NCBI GenBank assembly: GCA_965198005.1
Contig: CBDAOI010000002.1
Location: 576,001 to 640,000, forward strand
Direction of reading: 5' to 3'
Length of the DNA stretch: 64,000 nucleotides
From: Spirochaetia bacterium
Lineage (GTDB): Bacteria; Spirochaetota; Spirochaetia; SZUA-6; Bin103
In this document: positions 21,481-31,609 of the stretch, piece after piece
How the letters are laid out: the number at the start of each line of letters is the position of its first letter
Numbering within the stretch: the first letter of the stretch is position 1
Translations under genes and position numbers: made by a program
Notes under the pieces: model-generated
Seen by the model: the letters and a program-made list of their open reading frames with translations, nothing else
Told to the model about the DNA's origin: nothing
The model's database searches: none

Positions 21481-22122
21481 CTCCAGTGTACGGATATTCC
21501 ACTAGCTAGCTAGCTATACCACATGGTGGCACGGTTCATCAAGCGGGACCAAAGGTCGCGGCGCATCTTCATGGAGCTGGTGCCCTCGATGCCGGTGGTC
21601 ATGAGGTAGCCGGCGATGGCCCATAGTCAGGGTGCCACCGAGGGTGTCGGCGAAACCAAAGCTCAGTTTGCCGTTCACCAACACCTGGTCGTCGGCTGAG
21701 TCATCACACTTGCGTCACCTGTAGTAGTCAGCGTAATAGTCTCCGCCGCCGGGGCAGACGTTGGTGTGCTCGGTCCCCCCGATCAAGTGGCGGAAGACGC
21801 GCTGCGCCGGGCCACGGTGGCCGGGGCGATCGTGGTGGCACCGGGCGGCGACGGTTCAGCGGAGATGCCGACTGGTAGGGCTCACCGTCGGCGCCGGCCA
21901 CCAGGAAACTCGTATTCGAGCCGTTCCGCGCCCGATCCCGTCGGGCGCGACGTTTGCTGATGCTGATCCCGGTGACCTTGGGGAGCCGATTGGGGGGTCT
22001 CCATCATCGACTGCGTTCAACCGAATCGTGATCTGCGCTCCGATGCTGCTGAGCGTAGCAGTCGCCCTTTTTGCCGGGATCGTCGTATTCGTTGACACGG
22101 ACGACACGGACCTCCAATCACC

Positions 22123-22164
22123 CAACAAAAAACGGCGCATCCGGGAGGGATGCGCCGTGGTTGT
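22123..22164 (-). terminator. intrinsic terminator after msp cassette 3
   Basis: ACGGCGCATCC/GGATGCGCCGT stem plus U-run on the minus strand. Confidence 0.85.
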
Positions 22165-22186
22165 CGAAGTGACCTGGTAGGGGGGT

Positions 22187-23235
22187 CTAGTATTTGACCT
22201 TGGTCCAGGCGGTCAGGACGCCCAGGTCGTCGTTGTCCGGATCGAACAGCGATTTGGACTTCCACTTCATGCCGAGTTCGGCCATCGGGATCGCCTCGGT
22301 TAGCAGCACCTGGAGTTCGGTATCCACCTGGGACTTCTCGTTATCCAACCGGTTGAGGGTGACGTCGATACTCGGGGTCAGCTTGCCGCCGAGTGCGTCG
22401 AACCCGTAGCTGAGGTTGGCGTTGACCATCATGTCGCTCTTGTCGTTATGGGTCTTGCCCGTGGGGGTGTCGGGAGCTTCGGGATTACCGTTGGCAATAT
22501 CGAACAGTCCCCAGGAAAGCCCGAGGCTCAGGTTCTCGACCAGCCCCATTCCGTCGCCCATCGTTCCGTCGTCCTTCAGTCTGACGTCACGTCACTCGCG
22601 ACATCGTTGTCGGTGGAGTAGATGTAGTTGGCATCCAGCTTTGGTGCCGGTCGACAGCGCGAAGCCCAGCCCGGCGCCCAACTCGTAGTCGGTGCTGGCC
22701 TCTCTGCGGTGTCGGTGGCGCCGGTCAGCACGACGTCGTCGGCGCCCGCCGACAGGGACAGATCGCCGAGGTTGCCCGTGATCTTGGCCGCGAAGCCGGT
22801 CGCCCGTCCGACGGTCGGGTCGCTGTCGTCGCCCTCGATGGTCCGGACGCCCTGCAGGTCGACCGTGGCCGGGCCGATGTCCACGTCGATGTCACCGTTG
22901 ACGTACCAGTCGTGCTTCCTGGCCAACTCGTCTTCCTCGGCCGCGGCATCGTCCGCGGGCTCGTCATAGCCAAGCCCCGAAGAGACTCCCACCGCGATGC
23001 TCGGACCCTCCTGTCGAGCCCGGCGTGGTGCCGTGGCCGCCGAGATGGACGCTGAGATCCTCGTCGTCGCTCTCCGCGTTGCCGGCGTGGTCGTCATCCT
23101 CGACCGCAGGGATCAGGCCCGCCTTGTTGCTGGGAGACGTGTAGATCTGGATCGACGGCGGCCGGTTGATCAAACTTGGCGGTTACGTCCGGATTTTGAC
23201 CACGGCTAGCGCCCTCATGGGTGTGCCCCTCGTGG
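22187..23235 (-). pseudogene. msp-like C-terminal cassette 3 (no start or signal peptide, frameshifted)
   Basis: Homologous to the C-terminal part of 25736-27814; ends LGVLTAWTKVKY. Confidence 0.85.
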
Positions 23236-23318
23236 GCAGCCGCAGGTGTAGTTCGGGAACGCACCAGCGGCTGCGGGCGTGGCTTCACCGGCTGGCACTT
23301 GGCGGCGTGATCGACCTG

Positions 23319-23363
23319 ACAAACAAAACGACGGCGCATCCGGGAGGGATGCGCCGTCGTTGT
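23319..23363 (-). terminator. intrinsic terminator after msp cassette 2
   Basis: Same stem-loop as 22123-22164. Confidence 0.8.
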
Positions 23364-23392
23364 CGAAGTGACCTGCTAATTGGGGATCTAGT

Positions 23393-24415
23393 CTAGGACT
23401 TGACCTTGGTCCAGGCGGTCAGGACGCCCAGGCTGTCGTTGTCCGGATCGAACAGCGAGTCGGACTTCCACTTCATGCCGAGCTCGGCCTGCGGGATCGC
23501 CTCGGTCAGCACCAGCTTGATCTCGGTGTCCACCACGGCCTTGTCGCTATCCAACCGGTTGTACTTCACGTCGATGCTCGGGGTCAGCTTGCCGCCGAGC
23601 GCCTCGAACCCGTAGCCCAGGTTGGCGCCGACCATCATGTCCAGCTTGTCGTTGTGCCCCTTATCCTCGTTGTCGGGATTGCCGTTGGTCAGATCGTACA
23701 GTCCCCAGCTCAGCGCCAGGCTCAGGTTCTCGATGATCCCCGCGGTGTCTTTCAGGCTGACTTCCACGTCGCTCGCGACGTCCTTGTCGGTGGAGTAGAT
23801 GTAATCGGCATCCATCGTGGTGGTGTCGGTCAGCGCGAAGCCCAGGCCGGCGCCCAACTCGTAGTCGGTGCTGGCCTCTGTGGTGTCGGTGGCGCCGGTC
23901 AGCACAATGTCACCGCCCGCCGACAGGGACAGATCGCCGAGGTTGCCCGTGATCTTGGCCGCGAAGCCGGTCACCGGTCCCACGGTCGGGTCGCTGTCGT
24001 CGCCCTTGATGGCCTGGACGACCTGCAGGTCGACCGTGGCCGGGCCGATGTCCACGTTGATGTCACCGTTGACGTACCAGTCGCCCTTCCTGGCCGACTC
24101 GTCTTCCTCGGTCGCGGCATCGTCCGCGGGCTCGTCATAGGCAAGCTCCGAAGAAATCCCGACCGCGATGCTCAGCGCCTCGGTGTCGTAGCCCAGCGTG
24201 GTGCCGTGGCCGCCGAAGGTGGACGTTGAGATCGTCGTCGTCGCTCTCCGCGTTGCCGGCGGCGTCGTCATCCTCGACCGGGGGGGATGAGGCCCGCCGC
24301 GTTGCTACTGGGAGACGTGTAGACCGGATCGACGACGGACGGTTTGATCATCTTGGCGGTTACGTCCGGATATTGACCACGACAGCGCGCTCATGGGTGT
24401 GCTCCTCGTGGGCAG
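23393..24415 (-). pseudogene. msp-like C-terminal cassette 2
   Basis: Open for ~270 aa to LGVLTAWTKVKS; 5' part frameshifted; no N-terminus. Confidence 0.85.
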
Positions 24416-24493
24416 CTGAAGTGTCGTTCGGGAACGCACCACCGGCTGCGGGCGTGGCTTCGCCGGCTGGCACTTGGCGGCGTGATCGACCTG

Positions 24494-24535
24494 ACAAAAA
24501 AAACGGCGCATCCGGGAGGGATGCGCCGTCGTTGT
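24494..24535 (-). terminator. intrinsic terminator after msp cassette 1
   Basis: Same stem-loop plus A-run. Confidence 0.85.
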
Positions 24536-24558
24536 CGAAGTGACCTGCTAATTGGGGA

Positions 24559-25575
24559 TTAGTAGGAAACCTTGGTCCAGGCGGTCAGGACGCCCAGGCT
24601 GTCGTTGTCCGGATCGAATACCGAGTCGGACTTCCACTTCATGCCGAGCTCGGCCTGCGGGATCGCCTCGGTCAGCACCAGCTTGATCTCGGTGTCCACC
24701 ACGGCCTTGTCGCTATCCAACCGGTTGTACTTCACGTCGATGCTCGGGGTCAGCTTGCCGCCGAGCGCCTCGAATCCGTAGCCGAGGTTGGCGCCGACCA
24801 TCATGTCCAGCTTGTCGTTGTGCCCCTTATCCTCGTTGTCGGGATTGCCGTTGCTCAGATCGTACAGTCCCCAGCTCAGCGCCAAGCTCAGGTTCTCGAT
24901 GATCCCCGCGGTGTCTTTCAGGCTGACTTCCACGTCGCTCGCGACGTCCTTGTCGGTGGAGTAGATGTAATCGGCATCCATCGTGGTGGTGTCGGTCAGC
25001 GCGAAGCCCAGGCCGGCGCCCAACTCGTAGTCGGTGCTGGCCGCGGTGGTGTCGGTGGCGCCGGTCAGCACAATGTCACCGCCCGCCGACAGGGACAGAT
25101 CGCCGAGGTTGCCCGTGATCTTGGCCCCGAAGCCGGTCGTCGGTCCCACGGTCGGGTCGCTGTCGTCGCCCTTGATGGTCTGGACGACCTCCAGGTCGAC
25201 CGTGGCCGGGCCGATGTCCACGTTGATGTCACCGCTGACGTACCAATCGCCCTTCCTGGCCGACTCGTCTTCCTCGGTCGCGGCATCGTCCGCGGGCTCG
25301 TCATAGGCAAGCTCCGAAGAAATCCCACCGCGATCCTCGGACCCCTCGGTGTCGTAGCCCAGCGTGGTGCCGTGGCCGCCGAGGTGGACGCTGAGATCGT
25401 CGTCGTCGCTCTCCGCGTTGCCGGCGTCGTCGTCATCCTCGACCGCAGGGATCAGGCCCGCCTTGTTGCTCCGGAGACGTGTAGATCTGGATCGACGGCG
25501 GCCGGTTGATCAACTTGGCGGTTACCGTCCGGATTCTTGGCCACGACAGCGCCCTCATCGGTTGTGCTCCTCGTC
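24559..25575 (-). pseudogene. msp-like C-terminal cassette 1
   Basis: Near-identical to cassette 2; ends LGVLTAWTKVSY. Confidence 0.85.
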
Positions 25576-25669
25576 GGCAGATGCAGTGTCGTTCGGGAAT
25601 CGTTCGGGAACGCACCACCGGCTGCGGGCGTGGCTTCGCCGGCTGGCACTTGGCGGCGTGATCGACCTG

Positions 25670-25712
25670 ACAAAAAAAAACGGCGCATCCGGGAGGGATG
25701 CGCCGTCGTTGT
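25670..25712 (-). terminator. intrinsic terminator of the full-length msp-like gene
   Basis: Same stem-loop plus A9 run. Confidence 0.88.
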
Positions 25713-25735
25713 CCAAGTGACCTGCTAATTGGGGA

Positions 25736-27814
25736 TTAGTAGGAAATCTTGGTCCAGGCGGTCAGGACGCCCAGGCTGTCGTCGTCGGGATCGAATACCG
25801 AATCGGACTTCCACTTCATGCCGAGCTCGGCCTGCGGGATCGCCTCGGTCAGCACCAGCTTGACTTCCGTGTTTACCATGGAAGGCTCGCTATCCACCCG
25901 GTGGAAGGTAACGTCGATGCTCGGAGTCAGCTTGCCGCCGAGAGCATCGAAACCGTAACCAAGGTTGGCGTTTACCGCCATGTCCATCTGATCGTTATGG
26001 GTATTGTCTTCGGTGTCCGGGTTACCGTTGGTCACATCAAACAGTCCCCAACTGAGCCCGAGGCTCAGGTTCTCGACGATGCCCGCGCTATCCTCCAAAG
26101 AGACGAACACGTCACTCGCAACGTCCTGGTTGCTGGAATAGATGTAGTCGGCATCCAGTGAAGTGGTTTCGGTGAGCGCAAAACCGAGGCTCGCGCCCAT
26201 CTCCCAGTTGGTCTCGGCCGCCGCGTCGCCAATGGCACCGATCAACTCCACGTCCGCGCCCGCCGATAGGGACAGATCGCCGAGGTCGCCCCCGATCTTG
26301 GCCGCGAAACCGGTCGTCGTCGGATTGTCGCTGTCCTGGCCTTGGATCGACTGCACGACCTGCAGATCGACCTGGGCCGGTCCGATATCCACCATTATGT
26401 CACCGCTCACGTACCAGTCACCCTTCGTGGCCGACTCGTCTTCCTCGGTTTCGGCATCGTCCTCCGGCTCGTCATAAGCAAGCTCAGAAGAGACACCCAC
26501 AGCGATGCTGAGACCCTCAATATCGTAGCCCAGCGTGATGCCCTTACCGGGCAACTCGACCTGAACGTCGCCATCATCGCTAACCGATGCATTGTCGGCG
26601 TCCAACACGTCGTGCTTGTCATCGTCACCTTCGAGGGCATCGATCAACCCCGCCTTGTTGTCGGGACCCGAGAAGATCTGAATCGACAGCGGCCCGTTGA
26701 TCAGCTTGGCGGTGATCGTCGGATCCTTGATCACGATAACGCCCTCGTGGGAGTGCGCACCATGCTCATGCGGCCCATGAGTATGCGTATCGTGGGTATG
26801 TCCGGCATTCTCGGTGTTGTGCGTGTGGGAATGAGGCAGGATTGCCGGGATCTCGTACTCGCTAATGTCGAATTCGTCGAAGGCCTCGTCGTTATCGTCG
26901 CGGTCCATGGCCGTAACCAGATGATAGTGGACTGGAACGGCAGGCTGTTCTACGCCACCCACGTCCTCCGCGGGCTCCGATACTCCGGTCCGCGCAACGT
27001 TACCCCCCGCTCGTGCGACGCAGCTTGTACTACATTCATCGGTCGGTCGCGTAAAGCTCCCAGGACCGGTTTGCGGACGTGTGCTTTCGTCCACATCGGC
27101 CGTGTCTGCGTCATCCTCAAATACCGGCACTCGGGATCCTTGTTCGCCTGCGTCTGCGAAGGATGGCAGTGCATGTGTATGGGTAATTTTTGCGTATATG
27201 GGTCCAGTGTATTCGGTATCTTGAATATTAGTGGACTTTCAGGGTCGCACCCCCTCAGTTTCTCTATCCATCACATACCCTGTGTACCCACTGTCCGTAA
27301 TCTCACCGAGACTATCTGCAGGTAAACTGGAGCCGAAATACGTATTCGGAACAATTACGGGATCTTCGCTTCCGTCAATAGTGCCGTGACTATGGGGATA
27401 GGCCGGATACATGACACTACCGTCACCGGTCATGCTCTCAGTCGCGGATGGACTGGCAGCAGCGCCGCCGGTATCGGCCGTAGCCGCGCTCGTGTCCTCC
27501 GAGGTCTTGTGCACGTCATCATGACCTTGGTCGATGATGATCCGGAAGTCCTTCAGCTCGATCACGCCGATCCAGCCCGTGGAGTCCATGCCCATGTCCA
27601 TCGGGTTGGAACTGGACATCTTCGGCACCAGCGTGAGGCTGATGTTCGAGCTGAACTCGTTCTTGAACCCGAGCTTCTGATGATCCAGGTTGTAGCCAAG
27701 GGTGGCCGTGGCATCACCAGAGATCTCGAATTCCGTGTTGATAGCCATTTGCCCATACAGGCCAGCCGAGCCCGCGGCAAGTAGCACCACTAGCAGAAGT
27801 GAAAGTTTTCTCAT
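25736..27814 (-). CDS. Msp/MOSP-like major outer-sheath (surface beta-barrel) protein; one in-frame TGA at 27241-27239
   Basis: AAGGAGG RBS; signal peptide MRKLSLLLVVLLAAGSAGLYG; SGDATATLGYNLD..GFKNE (MOSP-N-like); acidic His-rich centre; amphipathic strands ending KISY. The two track ORFs are in the same frame. Confidence 0.75.
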
Positions 27815-27914
27815 CACTTCCTCCTTCAGTTATTGTCGGGGCTCCGGAGCGTCACCCGGGGTCTTTCGGGCCAACGACCCGGCAGAACCCTGCCCCCGCT
27901 TTCCGTTGGTGCGA

Positions 27915-27944
27915 ATATTGCACCGCACACTACGGCTTTGTCAA
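27915..27944 (-). promoter_or_regulatory. sigma70-like promoter of the msp-like gene
   Basis: TTGACA-N18-CAATAT on the minus strand. Confidence 0.6.
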
Positions 27945-28254
27945 CTACTATATCAAGTTGCGTCAAAGATTTTGCCCGACGCGCGAGGTCTTGTCCAGTC
28001 CCCCCGCCAGGCCGCGTAAACGCGCTCATCTCCGATCTCCTCCGCCCACGCCCGAGTGAGGCGCCGCCGCCCGCCAGGGGCCGCGCCGCCCGCTCCCGCC
28101 GGGACGCTCCGGCAGGTGCAGGTCGTGGGAAACAGAAGCATAACATACGCGCGCAGGTCGTGTCCACCCCCCAGCGCAACTTTTTGCGCGGTGGGGAGGT
28201 GGGTTCTCCCCTGCTGCGACGATCGGCAGCATGGAGGATGAATATATCAGCATC

Positions 28255-28362
28255 ATACGACACGCGTCAAGTCTACCACAAGTGGCAAGGGTACCACAAG
28301 TGGGAAATCTACCACAAGTGGCACGTCTATGACAAGTGCCGAATATACCACCAGCGGCAGGT
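28255..28362. repeat. 18-bp degenerate tandem repeat (CTACCACAAGTGGCAnnn) x~6
   Basis: Directly visible; core CCAC-AA-GTGG is palindromic. Confidence 0.85.
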
Positions 28363-28417
28363 CGTGTCCAGGGCGTCCGCCCGGCCCTGCGCCGGGCCGC
28401 GGACGGGAGGCGGGCGG

Positions 28418-28696
28418 TCATCCGGCGGCCTCCGCGGCGGCGGCATCTCCAGGGAGTGGCTCGCCGTTGGCGCGCCGCCAGGGTGCGGCCAGCATGCCCT
28501 CGATCCGCGCGACCCGTTCGCGCAAGTCGGCGACGGCGGCGTCCAGGCGGTCGAAGCGCGCTTCCAGGCGGTCGAAGCGCGCTTCCATACGCGCTTCCAG
28601 GCGATGTACGGCGTTCATCAGCAGCCCGAAGGCAGTAATGACCGCAGCCAGCAACGACACCCCCACGGCAAGCATGGCGACCAACTCGGCGGTCAT
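28418..28696 (-). CDS. small membrane-anchored coiled-coil protein
   Basis: N-terminal TM, then LEARMEARFDRLEARFDRL..LRERVARIEG. Confidence 0.7.
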   Translation of the reverse strand: MTAELVAMLAVGVSLLAAVITAFGLLMNAVHRLEARMEARFDRLEARFDRLDAAVADLRERVARIEGMLAAPWRRANGEPLPGDAAAAEAAG

Positions 28697-28844
28697 GCGG
28701 GCGGCCTCGGGGTCGGGACGCTCGGTGGGCACTGCTCGCGGCGGCCGGTTGACCGGTCGCGGCGGCGGCGGCTACCATCGGCACGCCCGGCGGGCGGCAG
28801 TCCACAGCCGCCCGGATGCGCCGGGAACGGGGTGAGAGAGACGA

Positions 28845-30062
28845 ATGGGTGCCGAATTCAGCCTTTCCATATATCCGTGGGTGTACGTCAGCAAGTTCGA
28901 CGACGGCTCATGGTACCACGACTTCATCGAGAAGCGCCACCTGTCGCCGGCGGCGGAAGCGGCGCTGCCCGACGCGGACCGGGAACAACTATACCGCGAA
29001 CGCAACCAGTTTGCAAGCCTCCCGCTGGTGACGTATTCCACGCAGTACGCGATGGCGTGCTTCGAGGGGCTCAAGGCGTTTCCGCAGCCGGACGGATCGC
29101 TCAAGCTGTTCCGCCCGCACGAGAACGGACTGCGAATGAAACGGTCGATGGAAGGGCTGTACATGCCTGGTGTTCCCGTTGACCTGTTCGTGGACGCGGT
29201 GCGCGGCGTCGTGGCCCGCAACCAGGCAATCGGCTTCGCGCCGGAGTACGATCCGGCCTGGGAGCGGGACGAGTTCGAGTCCGGGCACTCGGTGTACGTC
29301 CGACCCTTCTCATACGCCGAAGCGGGGATCGGCGTCAACCTGTGCGAGGCACCCTATTTCATTGTGGTGAGCACGCGCGTGGGCGCCTACTTCGGCGCCG
29401 GCGATTCCTCGCCCACGGTGACCACCCGCCGCATCCGCGCCACGCCCGGCGGCACCGGCTGGATCAAGTGCTGCGCCAACTACGTCACCAGCGCGCTGGC
29501 CAAGCGGGAGGCGGAGCAGGGCGGCTACCTCGAGTGCGTGTTCCTCGACGCCCGCCACCAGCGCTACCTTGAGGAGGGTTCCTCCTGCAACCTGTTCTTC
29601 GTGCTGTCCGACGGCCGGCTGGTCACGCCCGAGCTGGGCGACACGGTGCTGGCCGGGATCACGCGCCGCACGGTGATCGAGCTGGCCGCCGAGCGCGGCA
29701 TCCCGGTCGAGGAGCGCGCGGTGGCGATCGAGGAGGTGCTGGACGACGCGGTGGAGGCGTTCGGCACCGGCACCGCGGCCGGGGTCACCTACTTCAGCTC
29801 GATCCGGCACGGGGAGCGCGAGCAGGTGTTCGGCGACGGCGCCATCGGGCCGGTGGCGCACGCCTTCCGCAGCCGGCTCAAGGGGGTGCAGTACGGAGCG
29901 CTGGAGGACCGCTACGGGTGGATGGTGCCGGTGGCGGCGGGAGGGGATGACGCGGGGGACGCTGCCGGAGCGGCGGCCGCGGCGGTGGCGGCGGAGGGCG
30001 TGGCGGCGGCCGAGGGCGCCGCGGACGGGAGTGCGGCGCTGGCCGGCACGGCGCGCGGCTGA
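28845..30062 (+). CDS. ilvE: branched-chain amino acid aminotransferase
   Basis: YAMACFEGLKAF, LFRPHEN, IKCCANY (PLP Lys), EEGSSCNLF, LAGITR, GTGTAAGV. Confidence 0.93.
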   Translation: MGAEFSLSIYPWVYVSKFDDGSWYHDFIEKRHLSPAAEAALPDADREQLYRERNQFASLPLVTYSTQYAMACFEGLKAFPQPDGSLKLFRPHENGLRMKRSMEGLYMPGVPVDLFVDAVRGVVARNQAIGFAPEYDPAWERDEFESGHSVYVRPFSYAEAGIGVNLCEAPYFIVVSTRVGAYFGAGDSSPTVTTRRIRATPGGTGWIKCCANYVTSALAKREAEQGGYLECVFLDARHQRYLEEGSSCNLFFVLSDGRLVTPELGDTVLAGITRRTVIELAAERGIPVEERAVAIEEVLDDAVEAFGTGTAAGVTYFSSIRHGEREQVFGDGAIGPVAHAFRSRLKGVQYGALEDRYGWMVPVAAGGDDAGDAAGAAAAAVAAEGVAAAEGAADGSAALAGTARG

Positions 30063-30355
30063 GCGGACTGCCTCAGAACGGCACTCCGAACACGAGGAAG
30101 CCGGAGTACGCCCGGGTGCCGGCGCCCAATGCCGGCGCCGCCCGCTCACCCGCACCGATCGAGAAGCGGTCCTGACGATACGTGCCACCCAGGCCTGCCC
30201 GAATCGCGTTCTCAGCCAACTTCGACGTCAGCGTCTCTCCCGGATACACGGGACGACCGTCTGCGCGCCGCTGAACGTTCGCTCTACGTCCGGAGCACCA
30301 CGCAGCGAGACCTCCCCGCCACCCACGGGAAGCGTGCTCTCCGGCTGCAACCCGA
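30063..30355. repeat. ~290-bp post-ilvE segment, repeated at 32075-32366 and split at 33489-33545 / 34486-34520
   Basis: Direct sequence similarity between the copies. Confidence 0.9.
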
Positions 30356-30356
30356 T

Positions 30357-30508
30357 GTAGTCGTGAGCGTTGTAGCCGCGCCAACTGCCCAGCTCGGCGT
30401 CGGTGAGCAGGCGCCCGCGGTACCCCTGCTTCTCGACGTAGAACGCCAGCCGGCGGAAGAAGCGCGCCTGCACCGCGTAGCTCGCGGTGTCGAAGATCAG
30501 CACCGGCG
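30357..30508 (-). pseudogene. 152-bp displaced copy of the internal part (38423-38574) of the gene at 37841-39631
   Basis: Near-identical sequence (LIFDTASYAVQARFFRRLAFYVEKQGYRG..). Confidence 0.92.
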
Positions 30509-30599
30509 GGTGAAGGGCATCGGATCGCCATTCGATGCCACGCCGGTGTACACCCTATTTCGAACACTATCTGACCCGTCGGCGCCATGTCGACCGTGC

Positions 30600-30753
30600 C
30601 GATCTTGCGACCGGCGAGGCCGAGGAGACCTACGTCGACCCCGCCAAGCAGCGTGGCGCCAAGAAGGGTGGCGAGGCGCGCGCCGCTACGCTCAACCCAG
30701 AGAAGCGGCAGCGGATCGCCAAGGACGCGGCCGCCAAGCGCTGGGAACAGTAG
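30600..30753 (+). pseudogene. small basic IS1-associated protein (C-terminal part)
   Basis: DLATGEAEETYVDPAKQRGAKKGGEARAATLNPEKRQRIAKDAAAKRWEQ. Confidence 0.7.
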
Positions 30754-30763
30754 GCCGGGTTGT

Positions 30764-31099
30764 TTACCTGTCTTCGCGATGGCCGCGGGCGAGCGTTTGC
30801 CTGATGAAGCGGGACGCGAAGCTCAGGAAGGGCAGCAAAGCCGATGCTCCGAAGGCGACGACGCCACCGCGCGGCAGGTCTAGCAGGAACCCTGTGAAGG
30901 CTGCCGCGATGAGGGCAAACGCCAATAGTCCGGCGATTATCTGCCCTCGCTCGGACTTCTTGATGTCGCTGGCGACGAGCAACTCATTCATCTTGCGGCT
31001 ATGCTCTTGCGCCTTGGTTGCCAGATCAAACGTCGTATGCGCGGACCAACTCCGGCGGCGGATACGGCCCTTGGTAGATCTCGATGCTCTGCCGGACAT
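30764..31099 (-). CDS. DUF2335-like membrane protein (cargo)
   Basis: AHTTFDLATKAQEHSRKM..SERGQIIAGLL plus two TM segments. Confidence 0.55.
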   Translation of the reverse strand: MSGRASRSTKGRIRRRSWSAHTTFDLATKAQEHSRKMNELLVASDIKKSERGQIIAGLLAFALIAAAFTGFLLDLPRGGVVAFGASALLPFLSFASRFIRQTLARGHREDR

Positions 31100-31156
31100 T
31101 AGGTTTGTCGGGTTGCTTCTCCTTACCCGGCGTGGCGTTCCGCTCTCGACGGTTGC

Positions 31157-31504
31157 TCACTTGCGTGGCGCGAGATGGCCTTTGGCCGCCACGCGATTAA
31201 AGGCGCGTCCGAAGTGCACAAAGGCGTCGGCGAAGTACCGTTCGATTTCCGCTTCCTGCTCCTCGATGGTCGGCGGACTGGCATCATAGTCACTGAGCAC
31301 GTCCAGGAAATCCACGGCGGTCGCCACGCCACCCCAAAAGGTCGGCCTCGTCAGAAGTCGTGGGCTTCCGTAGCAACACTGGTCTATCGGCTCGGCCTGA
31401 CGTAGTCGAATGGCCCGTTCGAGCCCAATAGGCCTGCGGCATTCCGCAGTATGGTGAGTGGCGCGCCGTTGCTTGGAAGCCTTGCGAACGGTGGGTACTA
31501 GCAT
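31157..31504 (-). CDS. hypothetical cargo protein
   Basis: RPTFWGGVATAVDFL..EAEIERYFADAF; directly upstream of the DUF2335-like gene; start uncertain. Confidence 0.5.
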   Translation of the reverse strand: MLVPTVRKASKQRRATHHTAECRRPIGLERAIRLRQAEPIDQCCYGSPRLLTRPTFWGGVATAVDFLDVLSDYDASPPTIEEQEAEIERYFADAFVHFGRAFNRVAAKGHLAPRK

Positions 31505-31609
31505 CGTAGTCATCCTCTCTATGTGCCAAGGTGCTATAAATGAAACCAAACTGCAGCGCATTCGTCAACCACCGGCATACTGCTGCCGCCGGGGAAGAGA
31601 AAACTGCCT

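Noticed and set aside
22187-27814. Diversity-generating retroelement (TR/VR) explanation for the msp repeats
   Set aside because: The repeats are ~1.2 kb, differences are not adenine-restricted, and there is no intact RT in the window (only a ~15-codon group II maturase scrap).
28255-28362. 18-bp repeats as a CRISPR array
   Set aside because: The units are contiguous with no unique spacers, and there are no cas genes.
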